A stretch of 62,447 nt of DNA, the filler included, from Sluysia triapertura (taxonomy: Eukaryota): the NCBI GenBank assembly GCA_046118255.1. It is 5 parts of 5 records of this genome, joined end to end, with 100 filler letters (N's around TTAATTAATTAA, not from the genome) between each part and the next. Parts side by side here need not be neighbours in the genome. Positions count along the whole stretch, not along the records: positions 12,875 to 25,088 come from JBJNIA010128517.1; positions 25,189 to 39,163 come from JBJNIA010012317.1; 3 more parts are not named here. One strand, given 5' to 3'. Shown in pieces: positions 14,373 through 26,078 of this stretch. A program made the translations under genes and the position numbers. The notes under the pieces are model-generated. The model did no database searches and was not told the DNA's origin. It was given only the letters and a program-made list of their open reading frames with translations. How positions within the stretch are numbered: position 1 is the stretch's first letter; each line of letters opens with the position of its first letter.

Positions 14373-15113
14373 TAACCTTCAAGGTTGATGTATGAAAGTG
14401 TATATATATATATATATATATAACAATCACATATACATATCACACAATACTTTTCACTCAATTATAAATTTTAATTCGTTTTGGTAAATTATTGGAACAA
14501 GATTTTTGGACAGCACTTTTATAGATTGACTTGATTAAATCTCTTGTGTAAACGTTAGTTTATTTTATTTAGGATACGATATTTTTTAAAATATCATTGT
14601 AAAATATTACTCAAATTCTTTTAATAAAATTTGTCATCTTATAACAGATCTTTTGCAAAATCATTAATAAAAATTTTTACTATTTGGAATTACAAAGATA
14701 ATTCCTGCAAACTATTATATTATTATTATTATGCTTTATTGTAAATTTGTATTTTCTAGTTTGTGTAATTAATAAATCCTTTATAAGGTTAATATTGTCT
14801 TTTTGATATTAAATTAAATAGTTGCAAAGTAGAGAAATCATTACTTGACACAGATTGTTTTTGTTAACTAAAGTAACTAAATTTTAAAGAATCCTTATCA
14901 TAGGATTTATGCAAAATACTTATTAAATTGTTAAAATTGAATTGACAAAACCTCCAGACAATTAAAAGACAGTAAGAAATCGGTTAAACTTTTGAGAAAC
15001 CTTTATTAGCTAAAATCCAACGGCTGGCCCTCGCTGGTAAGTCCACTACGTTGGTGAACTCACGATATTTTAAATCAATCTTTATTCTATTAACTTTATT
15101 CTTTACTCTCGCA
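14373..15113 (+). mobile_element. Recurrent cassette copy C
   Basis: TCAAGGTTG at 14379, TA-run at 14401, GTTAGT at 14554, palindrome at 14889-14908, stem-loop at 15013-15063, terminus CTCTCGCA ending at 15113. Confidence 0.78.
15013..15063 (+). ncRNA. Conserved stem-loop motif, copy C
   Basis: AAATCCAACG-GCTGG-CCCTCGCTGGTAAGT-CCACT-A-CGTTGG-TGAACTCAC. Confidence 0.7.
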
Positions 15114-16999
15114 ATATAAAAAGAATTGTGAATCATATCAATCATACTTATCCGAAAAGTGAATTTATGAATGATTTAGATAGTGATAAAGAGACATGGA
15201 AAGTCGAAATTAATGTCAAAGTTTTCTATAGTGAAGTTTCAGAAGTAAATTCAAAGAAAAATGTATTTTATTTCAATGCAAAGAGAGAATGATAACGAAT
15301 TACTTTAAACGATTAATTCGTTACATGAAGTTCTATCGATTCCAGAAGATGAGGAACAACATTTTCCTTGGTTATGTTTTATGTTTGCAATATGATACTA
15401 TGTTTTCAATTTCAATATATATATAAAGTTCCTGTGTCATGATAATTTTTTAATAAAGAATTCTACTAAAGCTTTAATAAACCTAGCTAAATAGATGTTT
15501 ACGACAATTTGTTAATAAAATCGATTTATTGAGTTTTAATATTTATAAGGACCTTAAATCCATTTTGAATTTTGAATTTTTGATAAGCTTAAATATATCT
15601 TGGGCTATTTCAAACCTGTTTTTGTTATTGGGTTAGCGTTGTCCTTTCAGCTCTCATTAAATTATAAATAGATTGATGGTTACAATAAACAAAAAGAATA
15701 ATAACATTTATAAATTCGAATGCGGTTTTAAATGTTGCTTAAAAATGTGTCCCACGAATTTATAAAGTAAAGGATCAAAAAATTTAATTAATTTTATTAA
15801 TAAATTATGTCAAATTTAAAAAGTACAAATCTATTTGTGAAATATTCGTATTATTTAGTTATTGTACTAAAACATTTACTTGATACATTTGTCATTTTCA
15901 CAGAAACAATTATATCAGAAATCAAAATTAAAAATATAAAAGAATGTTGCAATTATTTTATTAAAAGCTTATTATAATTAATTATTATAATATGTAATAA
16001 ATATAACACATATTTGCCATTTTATTAATACTGCATAATTTACATCTGAGCGCACGTTCGAATTGTTCAAATGTATTAACTCTATTTTGATTAAATCAAG
16101 TAAATTTAGTAATTTATTTTTGATTTGTGTTTAAAAATAAATATGGAAACATTGCAAAATTTGTGATACGAAATATATAATACGCATTTGACTTTTATAT
16201 TAATAAATAAAATAATAATAATAATAATAATAATATTAATAATATTAATAATATTAATAATAATAATAATAATAATAATAGAGATAAAGATAAAATAAAT
16301 AATAATAGTTCATAAATTGATTTTAAAAATGTGTTTTTTATTACATATTTCCATATTTCATTTATATACATAATTATTGTTTATCTAATTATCATTATTT
16401 ATATGGATTAATAATTTGACAGTCTAAACCATTAATTAGTAGTTTAGTTTATTGTAACATTTTTACAATTTATTTTCTAAAATTTTTAAATATTTGGTGG
16501 CACATTTCAATGTGCTAATCAAGGTATCTTAAAAAGAACTCAATATCTCTATTGGCACTGTTTGTAACATAAAAAATATGGAATTGATGTATAAACTACA
16601 TCTGACAAATATGCCAAATTTTGATTTTTATTTTTCATATATATTTAAAAATATATCGAATTAAGTAGTTGAAAATTCTAAGCTAAAAGTATATATATAT
16701 ATATATATATATTGAAATCAACAACTAGATTTGTAATAGTTAAGCTATTAAATAATTATTTTTTCACAGAAACTGAGTATAATAAAGTGATTCAGATGAT
16801 ACACAACACAAAAGATTCATTGTAAAAGGTTAGAAAAAACTGAAAATGTTTAGCTTAATGGAAGAAGTGAATGGGAATATTCGCATTCTCATTATAAAGA
16901 ATCAAAACCAAAGAAGACGTAAAGCAAAACTTCCCCAAAGAAATTTTGTAATACATATTTAGAATTTTAGACGTTTTAAATAACCAAAGAGTTTTATGC

Positions 17000-17077
17000 A
17001 AATGAATTAAGAAAATGAATTAAGAAAATGAATTAAGAAAATGAATTAAGAAAATGAATTAAGAAAATGAATTAAGA
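17000..17077. repeat. Minisatellite, 6 perfect copies of AAATGAATTAAGA
   Basis: Direct reading. Confidence 0.95.
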
Positions 17078-18536
17078 TAATTTTATAGAATAAAAGTCCA
17101 ATAAATAACATATTAAAAATCGCTAAAAAAAGTAAAAATAATATGAATAATGCTAGAAAAATTGTCGATTTTATTCGAAATTTGAATAGTATCAGATCAC
17201 AACTAAATTATTTTCAAATAAGCACATAAAGCATCATCCAAACATATTACTGTCTATAATTTAAACTGGTTATCAAAAATTAAGTAAATATTTCCAAGAT
17301 AAGGAGGAATCTTAAATCGAAATTTGTGAATCAGATAATCATTAGATAGGAAATTTCTGACGAATAATGATCATCTACTTGTGAAATGTTTCAAATTTGG
17401 AGATTTAATATTAGTTAAAAAGTAATTTATAAAATAATAATAATAAATAAAATAACAATTCTAATAATAATAATAATAATAGTCAGTAAAAAATATTAAA
17501 AACCTAATTAACCATTGTATTTGAAGTATACGAATGACGGAATCAGAGTATAAAGTGAATGAAGTAGCATTGTTATTAAATTTTATTTTTCATTATTTAT
17601 AGTCAAACAAATTCATTTATATGGAAATAATATATATATATTAAAATTATTCTTATTTAATTTCTCAAGCATTTAATAATAAAGTTATCTGAATCAGGAA
17701 TCGTCAATTTTTTATTTTAAAAATTGTTGTTTCAGTCGAATTATTCGTTGTTTTTCAAAATAGTTTCAAAAAGAATTCAATGATAATCTTATTGTTTAAA
17801 GAATAAATAAAACTGTATTAAATATTTTCTTAAAGTTGATTTATTCGATTTTCCATCATCAAAATTCGAAAATCCGAATTCGGAAATAATAAGAATTGAA
17901 TTTTTATGATAACTAAATAAAAGTGTCATAAAGTTTTATTGTTCTATAATATAGTTTACTTTAAGATTATTTATAATTAAATTTCATTTTATTAATTATT
18001 AAAACAAATAATTAAAAGAAGTTAATTAAATTTAAATTTTTAATTAAATACAAAATTCTGCTTTATTTGCATTGTAATTCTATCTAACTTTTATGAAATT
18101 AGTTATTAATTTTCCTAAAAATCCTTAAATTATATGCTTTGTAAGATATAAATTTGAAAATAATTAAAGAAAAAATCAGTTATTAATTAAATTTTTGTTT
18201 AATATTTATTAAATTTCTGATAAATGTGCACATATAATAATAAATATTACTTAAATTATCAGGAAATAATTTAATTTAGTTATTATTAGAATTATTTATT
18301 AAATAAAATAGTATTACATTCAGAAATTTATAAAAGTAGTCAAATAAATAGCAATAATACTGAATTTTTTAAGCAAGTTTGATTTAACAAAATAATTTGT
18401 TATTTTAATTATATAAATAAAAATAAATTACTTCTATAGGCTTAATTTCAATCAAAAAAAACAATAAAAATATGTAGCATAAAATATAGTAGTATTCTTA
18501 TAAACAAAAATAATGCATATTAATACATGAGTTTTA

Positions 18537-19727
18537 TTACAAAGATGATACTTTATACCGTCCATTGAATGTCTCTTTTGGTACAGTTAATAAGGGTTCA
18601 TTTTTAAAATATTTATTACCAACATCAGTTTTATCTGGTTCATTATCGATATTTCTTATCGTTGAATCAATTGAATCTCTGTAAGGTTTTTGACATTCTT
18701 CCATAGTACTACAACGACGAAAATGTGTATTATCTTCATTTATTAACATTCTATCATCATTATTATTATTATCATTTTTCGATTTTGATCTGAAACGAAA
18801 TTTTTTTAAACATGGCAAAACGCGTTGAAATTCCATACGGAAATTACGATTAAACCATCCATATAAAAGAGGATTGTAGATATTTCCACTCATCGCTATA
18901 ATATGAGTTGTTAAAAATATAATGCTATGTTCTTCACCGGATAACCAATTCGTACGATCACTAATTATCCACATAATATTAAATGGTGTCCAACAAATGA
19001 CAAATACAACGACCATTGTTATAAGCATATTATTAGTTCGTTTTTTTCGTTGTATTTCGGCTTGTTCACGTTGTCTATTTTTGGTGCCACAACCGATTTT
19101 TTTTCTGCCTCGTTCGGACAGTACTCGTATTACTACATAGTAACAACATGATATAATAATAAATGGTACTACGAATTGAAGTAAAAAGTTACCCCAGGTT
19201 ATTAAAGGATTAATTTCTGCACTACATTGTTGTATTGTTGAATTGTAAACAGTAAATATGGCATTTGGTGTTGATATTAGACCACCAAATAACCAAATTG
19301 TTATTATGACTAATGAACACACATACATTTTCATTCTAGAGATAAATGGATGTACTATAACAATATATCGATCGATTGCAATAGCCGTTGAGGTCATAGT
19401 CGATACATATATCGAAACACCCATTGTCCATGGTAATAAACTGCACAGAAATGCTGGTAGAACCCAAACATCCATATAAAGACCAATGGGAGTAAAAGGT
19501 ACAGATACCAAAGTTGTTAAAATATCCGACAAAGCCAAATTGGTGATAAAAATATTGGTAATCGTTTGCATGGATTTATTACAAAAGACGACAAAAAGGA
19601 CTAATAAATTTCCTGATAATCCCAACAGAAAAATTATCGAATATGCTAAACTAACAACTATTTTGACACCAATTAAATTTATTGTGGCTGTTACATCGGT
19701 ATCACTATCATTAATGATGGAATCCAT
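18537..19727 (-). CDS. Rhodopsin-class (class A) neuropeptide GPCR of the sNPF/PrRP/NPY-receptor family, 396 aa, single coding exon
   Basis: Seven hydrophobic segments with GN (TM1), TNIFITNLALSD (TM2), VPFTP, AIAIDRY (TM3), W (TM4), FVVP (TM5), RKKRTNNML and CWTPF (TM6), and NPLLYGWFNRNFR (TM7). These motifs closely follow invertebrate sNPF receptors. A TTTTCAG acceptor-like site lies 28 nt upstream of the ATG. Confidence 0.95.
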   Translation of the reverse strand: MDSIINDSDTDVTATINLIGVKIVVSLAYSIIFLLGLSGNLLVLFVVFCNKSMQTITNIFITNLALSDILTTLVSVPFTPIGLYMDVWVLPAFLCSLLPWTMGVSIYVSTMTSTAIAIDRYIVIVHPFISRMKMYVCSLVIITIWLFGGLISTPNAIFTVYNSTIQQCSAEINPLITWGNFLLQFVVPFIIISCCYYVVIRVLSERGRKKIGCGTKNRQREQAEIQRKKRTNNMLITMVVVFVICWTPFNIMWIISDRTNWLSGEEHSIIFLTTHIIAMSGNIYNPLLYGWFNRNFRMEFQRVLPCLKKFRFRSKSKNDNNNNDDRMLINEDNTHFRRCSTMEECQKPYRDSIDSTIRNIDNEPDKTDVGNKYFKNEPLLTVPKETFNGRYKVSSL

Positions 19728-20759
19728 TTTTCAAATGATGAAAATAATAAAAAGTCTGAAAATATAAATTTATTAGTATTAATTGATATTGTTTTTATTA
19801 TCCTATTATATTCATGAAGTATTTAGAGTATGACAGGTAAAACAATTATTATGATTTTACTAACTTAAAAGCGGTGTTATTCAGAACGACAAAGTATATA
19901 TTTTTTGTCTAGAAATATGATTTAAAATATGCAATTTTTCAAATAACATTATTCGTTTTTTTGCCCGAAATTGTATAATTAGTTCTTTAACCTTTATTTG
20001 GTATATTTGTTGAAAATTGTTTATTAAACTTATCAAAAGTTCTCTAAGTAACGTTTAGATTTATTTATAAAGTATTTATATAACAATTTGACACCAAAAT
20101 ACCGATAAAATAAATAAATACCGATACAAATAAATTAAGGTCTACAAAATATTAGAATTAAATCAAAGAAATTAACCCTTTGTGAACCACTGTCGGGGCA
20201 GCCTCGACATTGCAATTTGCACGTTCAGGTCCTCTGTTGAAGGAGCCCCAACGCTAATTTAACATAAACATTGAAACGTTTATGTAATCTGTTATTTGTT
20301 GAAGATGGTCCGATAAGAAAATGTTTACATTTCGCATTTTTATTTGCACCGACCTGTCATTATCGTCTTGTTCGGACCACTATACTACAACTGTACTATA
20401 TGCAAATTTGTTTTATCGGAGTTGTGCAAGTGTAATATCGTAAACAAATAGGAATATTCGTGTTATTATTGTAGTGATTCGCCTAATAATTCAAAAGTTA
20501 ATTTTGTATACAAAAATTATCCATAAATCACAATACATCATAACACAGATTTTTAGATAACACACTTCCTACAAAAGCAATAGCATCTTTCACTTTCACT
20601 TTTTCAATTTTTATTCACCTACACACAAAATTCCCTCATTTCAGACATTAGATATACAACAATTGTCGATTATGGTAAAAGCTAATCATATAATAGTAAT
20701 ATCGTTTATATTGTTTCATTCTTATCATTTTTATTCATATTTGTGTGTGACATTTACGT

Positions 20760-20880
20760 TTTCTATTTTTGTAATCGCATTTAATATTCCTCATCTTATT
20801 GTCGGTTATGGTGCACAATTTTTAGCCAACTTCATTGGGTTTTTATATCCATTTTTATGCAACATTTGCTTTATTGAATT
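20760..20880 (+). pseudogene. REEP5/DP1/Yop1 (TB2/DP1/HVA22 family) fragment
   Basis: HLIVGYGAQFLANFIGFLYPFLCNICFIE versus the family signature [29 protein letters not shown]. Further decayed remnants may extend to ~21430. Confidence 0.68.
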
Positions 20881-21976
20881 TTTTTACTGATATTTTCTTG
20901 TTTTAGATCCCATTGTATGCTTTATTTAATTGTACCACTAATCTCTACTATAAAATAAGTACTTAAAATCACTTAAACACTGTTTCTGAAATAGGAACAA
21001 CTTTGTCTTAAATATTTCATAATCTTAAGGTGATTTTATATTCGATAGAAGCTGATTGTATATTTTGGAAACTAACAGTATATAACCTATAACTTATTGT
21101 TGCTATGTATTCTTAAATACATTCATTTTGTTTATTACTTAATATATTCATTTAAATTTACTTTTATTTATTGTAAATATATTATTATCTTACAGAAATA
21201 TCTTAATCAGAAAGATAACAAAATAACGTTAAAGTTAATTTGTTAAATTCGTAAAATATAAACAGTGGAAATGACACAAAGCAACTGTCGATTCCAGGAA
21301 ATCAATGTCACGCATTAAATTCGATAGGAAATTTTGCAAATCAACAAATTTAATATTTATCTCATTCATTATTTTATCGACAACATTTTTCTTTTGATAC
21401 ATTCGGTATTTTTATTGTTTCAATTATTTTAAGAGCGAATTGTTTATGAAACACATCATCATTCTCTTGAATATGAACAACAAGATATAGTCATTTGTTT
21501 GCATCGCTTCTGTATCAATGATTTTCTATATGATCATCACTTAAAAAATACGATATCACTTCTAAAGTTTATGAGTAATTGTTATATATAATTTTACAAA
21601 ATTAAATTATAATGCTAGGTTAAAGTTTAACAATTTGTGAATATTCTAAAATTTTGTACAACATAATTTGTCGTTTTAAATATACTTAATTAATCAATAT
21701 TTCAGTTAATTTCGATACTTATAAATGTTTTAATTGTATGTTAACTAATTGTATTTTGATGTTTAGAACAAAATTAAATAAGTGAGTATTTTTTGAGTAT
21801 TTTTTTTAAATATTTAATAATAAATATTGTATTTAATTAAAATCATCAATATAAATTGTATTATAATAAACAAGTATTTTTTAAATATTTTAGTTTTCTT
21901 TAAGGGAATATAATATTTATTATTGTTAAAATTATTTTAGTTAAAATTTTTTATTTTATTATTTGTTTAATTGCTT

Positions 21977-22765
21977 TGACCTCAAGGTTACCTCTTTAAT
22001 ATATAATCAGTAAGATTAAGCTTTATATTTCATTAGTTAAACATTAGTTAATTCTTGGCATTATCCTTATACGTTATTCTCCGATTCAACGCTGAAAAAC
22101 ACCATCAGATTTTTAATATCTCGCTCAATTTATTCCTCAGAACGATTGTTATAAAAATTATCGTTAGTTTCTTTTATATAAGTTTTATGCCATTTGTAAT
22201 ATTGCGTGCGTAAATTTGAACTTAAAATTTTTACTTGATTTTAACCGTAGCAAATTAAATTATTTTACTTAAAATATAAAGATAGGATTAATTAATTACA
22301 AATTGATCCCATACTAACATCTTTTATCTGTTATTATTTATATCTGTTATTATTTATATTTATTTAATAAAAGTCATTTTAATTTCGATTCTTTTTCCAT
22401 TTAATCTCTTATTAAACTCTTAAGATTCAGTTTAGAACCATATTAAAATAACTAATTTTAAAAATCTCTTTCAAATTTTTAGAAGGTTTAGTTTCAGAAC
22501 CTTCATTGTAGATAAAATTTAAGGTTCGTTTTAGAACCTCATTAAAATAATTAAATAAGGTTCGATTTAAAGACCAGATTAAAATACTAATTATTGAGAG
22601 TTTATATGACATTTAGAAAAGTAGCATAAATTTATATAACCTCCATAGACTTTACGTTAAAATCCAATCTTTACTCCAGAAATCCAACGACTGGCCCTAA
22701 CTGGTAAGTCCAGTACGTTGGTGAAATCATACTAAATTCTTAATTTTATTCTACACATTCTTACA
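21977..22765 (+). mobile_element. Recurrent cassette copy D, nested in the piggyBac-like element
   Basis: TGACCTCAAGGTTA at 21977-21990, TATATAA at 22000, GTTAGT at 22163, palindromes at 22482-22504, 22522-22539 and 22559-22575, stem-loop at 22680-22730, terminus TCTTACA ending at 22765 followed by ATAATAAT. Confidence 0.8.
22680..22730 (+). ncRNA. Conserved stem-loop motif, copy D
   Basis: AAATCCAACG-ACTGG-CCCTAACTGGTAAGT-CCAGT-A-CGTTGG-TGAAATCAT. Confidence 0.72.
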
Positions 22766-22925
22766 ATAATAATAAAAAATTATTAATTAAAAAGTTATTG
22801 ATCCAAGAAAATTGGACTGCTTAAAAAGATTGTGATAGACATTTTGTTTAATTACTCCCAAATCAAGCTATACGTCAAATCAGAAACTACTAAAGACATT
22901 TTCTAATTTAATCTCAACAGTTTTT

Positions 22926-23235
22926 ATGTCTTCATGTCAACAGAGTGTTCAATATCATAATTTAACAAACACTTTTGGTGATTTAAGCATTAATATAGAC
23001 GATGATATCGATATTAAAATTCGTAACGAACCATCTTTTATCTTTTTTGTATTTGATGATACACGTTATGCTCAAGATGCCGTACGTGATCATTATGGTA
23101 ATGATTTAAATGTACTTTTTTAAGAGATGAATTTTCTCGAGATTTTAAACGAGTACTTCACGTCATAATAACAATAGAGATCTCAGATTTGATCACGATT
23201 CAGATAAGAGACTTAGTAGTGATAGTAATAGTGAC
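22926..23235 (+). pseudogene. Decayed SR splicing factor (SRSF1/SF2-like) RRM copy
   Basis: DIDIKIRNEPSFIFFVFDDTRYAQDAVRDHYGNDLN, then a frameshift, then LRDEFSR, versus SRSF1 [47 protein letters not shown]. An R/D/S-rich decayed tail follows. Confidence 0.75.
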
Positions 23236-25034
23236 CATTTAATACTACACGAAATGTACATACCAAAATCATTTAGATACTACTCATCCATTGGTATATA
23301 TTACAATGATTATCGTAATATTGCTCATATTCATAATTATAATAACAATAGTTGTATCAATCAACATATTTATTATTCTATTCGTTATCATGTATTATAA
23401 ACACTTCCAGCTTCAGACAATGTTTGTAAACGTCAAAAATTACCAAACTTTAAGGAATTTTATTCTCTTAATTTTTATTCTGAAATTTTTATAACTAAAA
23501 GTTGTGTTGTATATAATAAATTAACTATAACATTTTGTGTTATTTAGGAATTTAATTTTGATATAGTAAGGGTCCTTAAGACCCATTTTTATAATAAAGA
23601 TTCGAGCAATTTCGTAATTATATTATCAAAAATTTTATTTTATTAACTGATAAAAGAGTTTTTATTAATGATCATGGTTTTAATTGTTATAAACATCTTC
23701 TAACACAACCATTTCAACTACTTATACTAAAACTATATTGGTAAGTTAACTATAAATGTAACATAAACATAATTAAACTAATAAATTAATAATTTTAAAT
23801 TCGATTTGATTATGTTTTTTGAGTCAGGTGTTTAATTGTGAAAATTTTGTGTTTTCACTGGAATTAAATAGGACTAGTAGAGGATTAAGTAGAAATAAAA
23901 TATGACCACAAAGGGTTAATAACAATGGAAATAACAAACTTTTAAATAGATAATACATAAATACAATGTGAACCAAGATACAATTATCAATATAAAACTA
24001 AATGTAGCCAATGCTGCCATAATAGAAAAAATGTTTAGAAAAATAGACGATCGTTTTTTTTGAGAAATATTTCGATTATGGACACTTATTCTTTAGGAAT
24101 TTATTTTCTTACAAAATATCATTCAAAACCGCACTGTATTTATTGTTTTTCGTATTTATCATTAAATAAATAAAAATATAAAACCATCCGTGTCAAATGA
24201 TTGCACAATAATAATATGTCCTACAGCTAATAATAAAAATTAAATACAAAATTATAATAATGCATAAAGATCAAAAGATTTAATTAGAAATTATTTTAAT
24301 CAATATTTAAAGAATTTTTAGACAAAATTAATTAATTAAGGTAATTAATTTTGTCTTGGTTGTCAATTTATTAACTAATGAAATTATTATTATTGTTATT
24401 ATTATTATTCTTCTTCTTTTGTCAAATAATGTCGTTCATTTTAATCTTATAATTTAATATTTATCAACGATGTTTATTAAATGTAATCTAAATACATTAT
24501 TTGTAGCATTTCAAGGTCTTGCATACCTGGCCTGTTAATCTAAAATGTATTTTTAATAAAACAAATCTAAAGCTACATTTTTAATATTCAAATTCTAAAA
24601 TTATTTTAATAAAATATTTAATATTTAATATTTACAAATGAATTAAAATAATTTAATGATTAAATACAAATAATTATAAACTAATGTGTTATGGCTATGA
24701 ATGATCTAGATTTGTACTTTGTACATACATATTTGAAATTAACTAAATTACTTTCTACATACATGTTTATATTTGAATTAACTAATAGATTTAGATTTGC
24801 ATTTGAAATTACAAAATTAATACATAAATGTTAAATCAATCAATATTCTGCAAATTGGAATTAATATATATATTTTAAACTAATCGATATTTTATGCGTA
24901 AGATTTTTACTATTTTTGATTAATTTTATTATTTTAATTTTAATTATTTGTCGCGTCGTCATAAATAATATTTTATTATCTTAACTTTATTATTATTTTG
25001 TTTTGTTTAACTATTATTATAATTTTTGTTTAAA

Positions 25035-25065
25035 TGACCACAAGGTCATTCATTTGACTATAAAA
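25035..25065 (+). promoter_or_regulatory. TGACCaCAAGGTCA plus TATAAAA module, truncated by the gap
   Basis: Same module as in the cassette promoters. Confidence 0.45.
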
Positions 25066-25602
25066 ACATCAACAATTTTGACACAATTNNNNNNNNNNNN
25101 NNNNNNNNNNNNNNNNNNNNNNNNNNNNNNNNTTAATTAATTAANNNNNNNNNNNNNNNNNNNNNNNNNNNNNNNNNNNNNNNNNNNNTTAGGTAAATCG
25201 ATTGACGTAGGCGAACCCAAAGTCTAAACATAAAATTTTCCATAATTGTTCAGGTAGTAGTAAAAGCGAACACTATTTTGATTATTATTATAATTATTAT
25301 TATTTTATTTGGTTTTTGGGGAATATTTCAAAATAATTTTTTTTAAAATATTGTCAAAGTCTATTCTAAAATACACAAAGTCTATTTTATGTCTAAAAAT
25401 AAATATTATTTTAGTTTCTAAAAATAAATTTGTTGTAAATTAACAAATAGTTAAATAAATTGATTTTATTTTAATTTCTAAAAATAGTTAAATAAATTTT
25501 ATTATTATTATTATTATTATTACTATTACTATTATTACTATTATTTAAAGAGAAATAAAATAAAAATAAAGTAATAAAAATTTTTAATTTTAAACTTGTA
25601 AG

Positions 25603-25990
25603 TCAAGGTTATTTAAAAATATATAAATATATTCAAAAATTCTTACAAAAGTCACTAGTTGTTTCAACAGCATACTTGTTTTTCATTTACTTGTTTTAAA
25701 ATTTTTGGAAGATTTTATAATTTTGGAGAAATTTATTTAAACAATCTATTCTACTTATAACTACGCCCTCATTGAGTGTTAGTCGTAGATTATAAATTAT
25801 TTTGCTTAGGAAGGAAAAAAATCTTAGAAAAGTATTATGAGACGATCTTAATATTGTAATTTTATATTTATTATTATAGTCTTTTTAACTTTATAATTTT
25901 ATTTTTTTTGAGTTTGTGTATTGCATCACTGGTGTAATTGCAGTTCTATAGATAATACATTGTAAATTTTCTATTATACTTTTAAGGGCT
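25603..25990 (+). mobile_element. Partial cassette (promoter half only); 3' limit approximate
   Basis: TCAAGGTTA at 25603, TATATAAA at 25620, GTTAGT at 25778 (175 nt spacing). Runs into (ATT)n at ~25993-26076. Confidence 0.5.
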
Positions 25991-26025
25991 GCTATTATTA
26001 TTATTGCTATTATTATTATTATTAA

Positions 26026-26078
<53 letters not shown>

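Larger units (their letters stand above)
20176..23915. mobile_element. Non-autonomous piggyBac-like element (~3.7 kb) with TTAA target duplication, carrying host gene relics and a nested cassette
   Basis: TTAA(20172-20175)|CCCTTTGTG...CACAAAGGG|TTAA(23916-23919), with a subterminal palindrome TGTCGGGGCAGCCTCGACA at 20191-20209. No transposase ORF is seen inside. Confidence 0.72.

Noticed and set aside
15051-15063. TGGTGAACTCAC as a tRNA primer-binding site
   Set aside because: It is not preceded by an LTR-terminal CA, it varies between copies, and I cannot match it to a tRNA 3' end. The apparent terminus lies downstream.
17000-17077. 13-bp repeats or the GGTTC..GAACC triplets as a CRISPR array
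   Set aside because: The 13-mers are tandem with no spacers, the context is eukaryotic and there are no cas genes.
16770-17250. Possible Ginger/KRBA2-like integrase remnant
   Set aside because: Only a vague resemblance; the DDE motifs are not recoverable by eye.
18922-19767. Three plus-strand ORFs overlapping the GPCR
   Set aside because: Antisense shadows of the GPCR reading frame.
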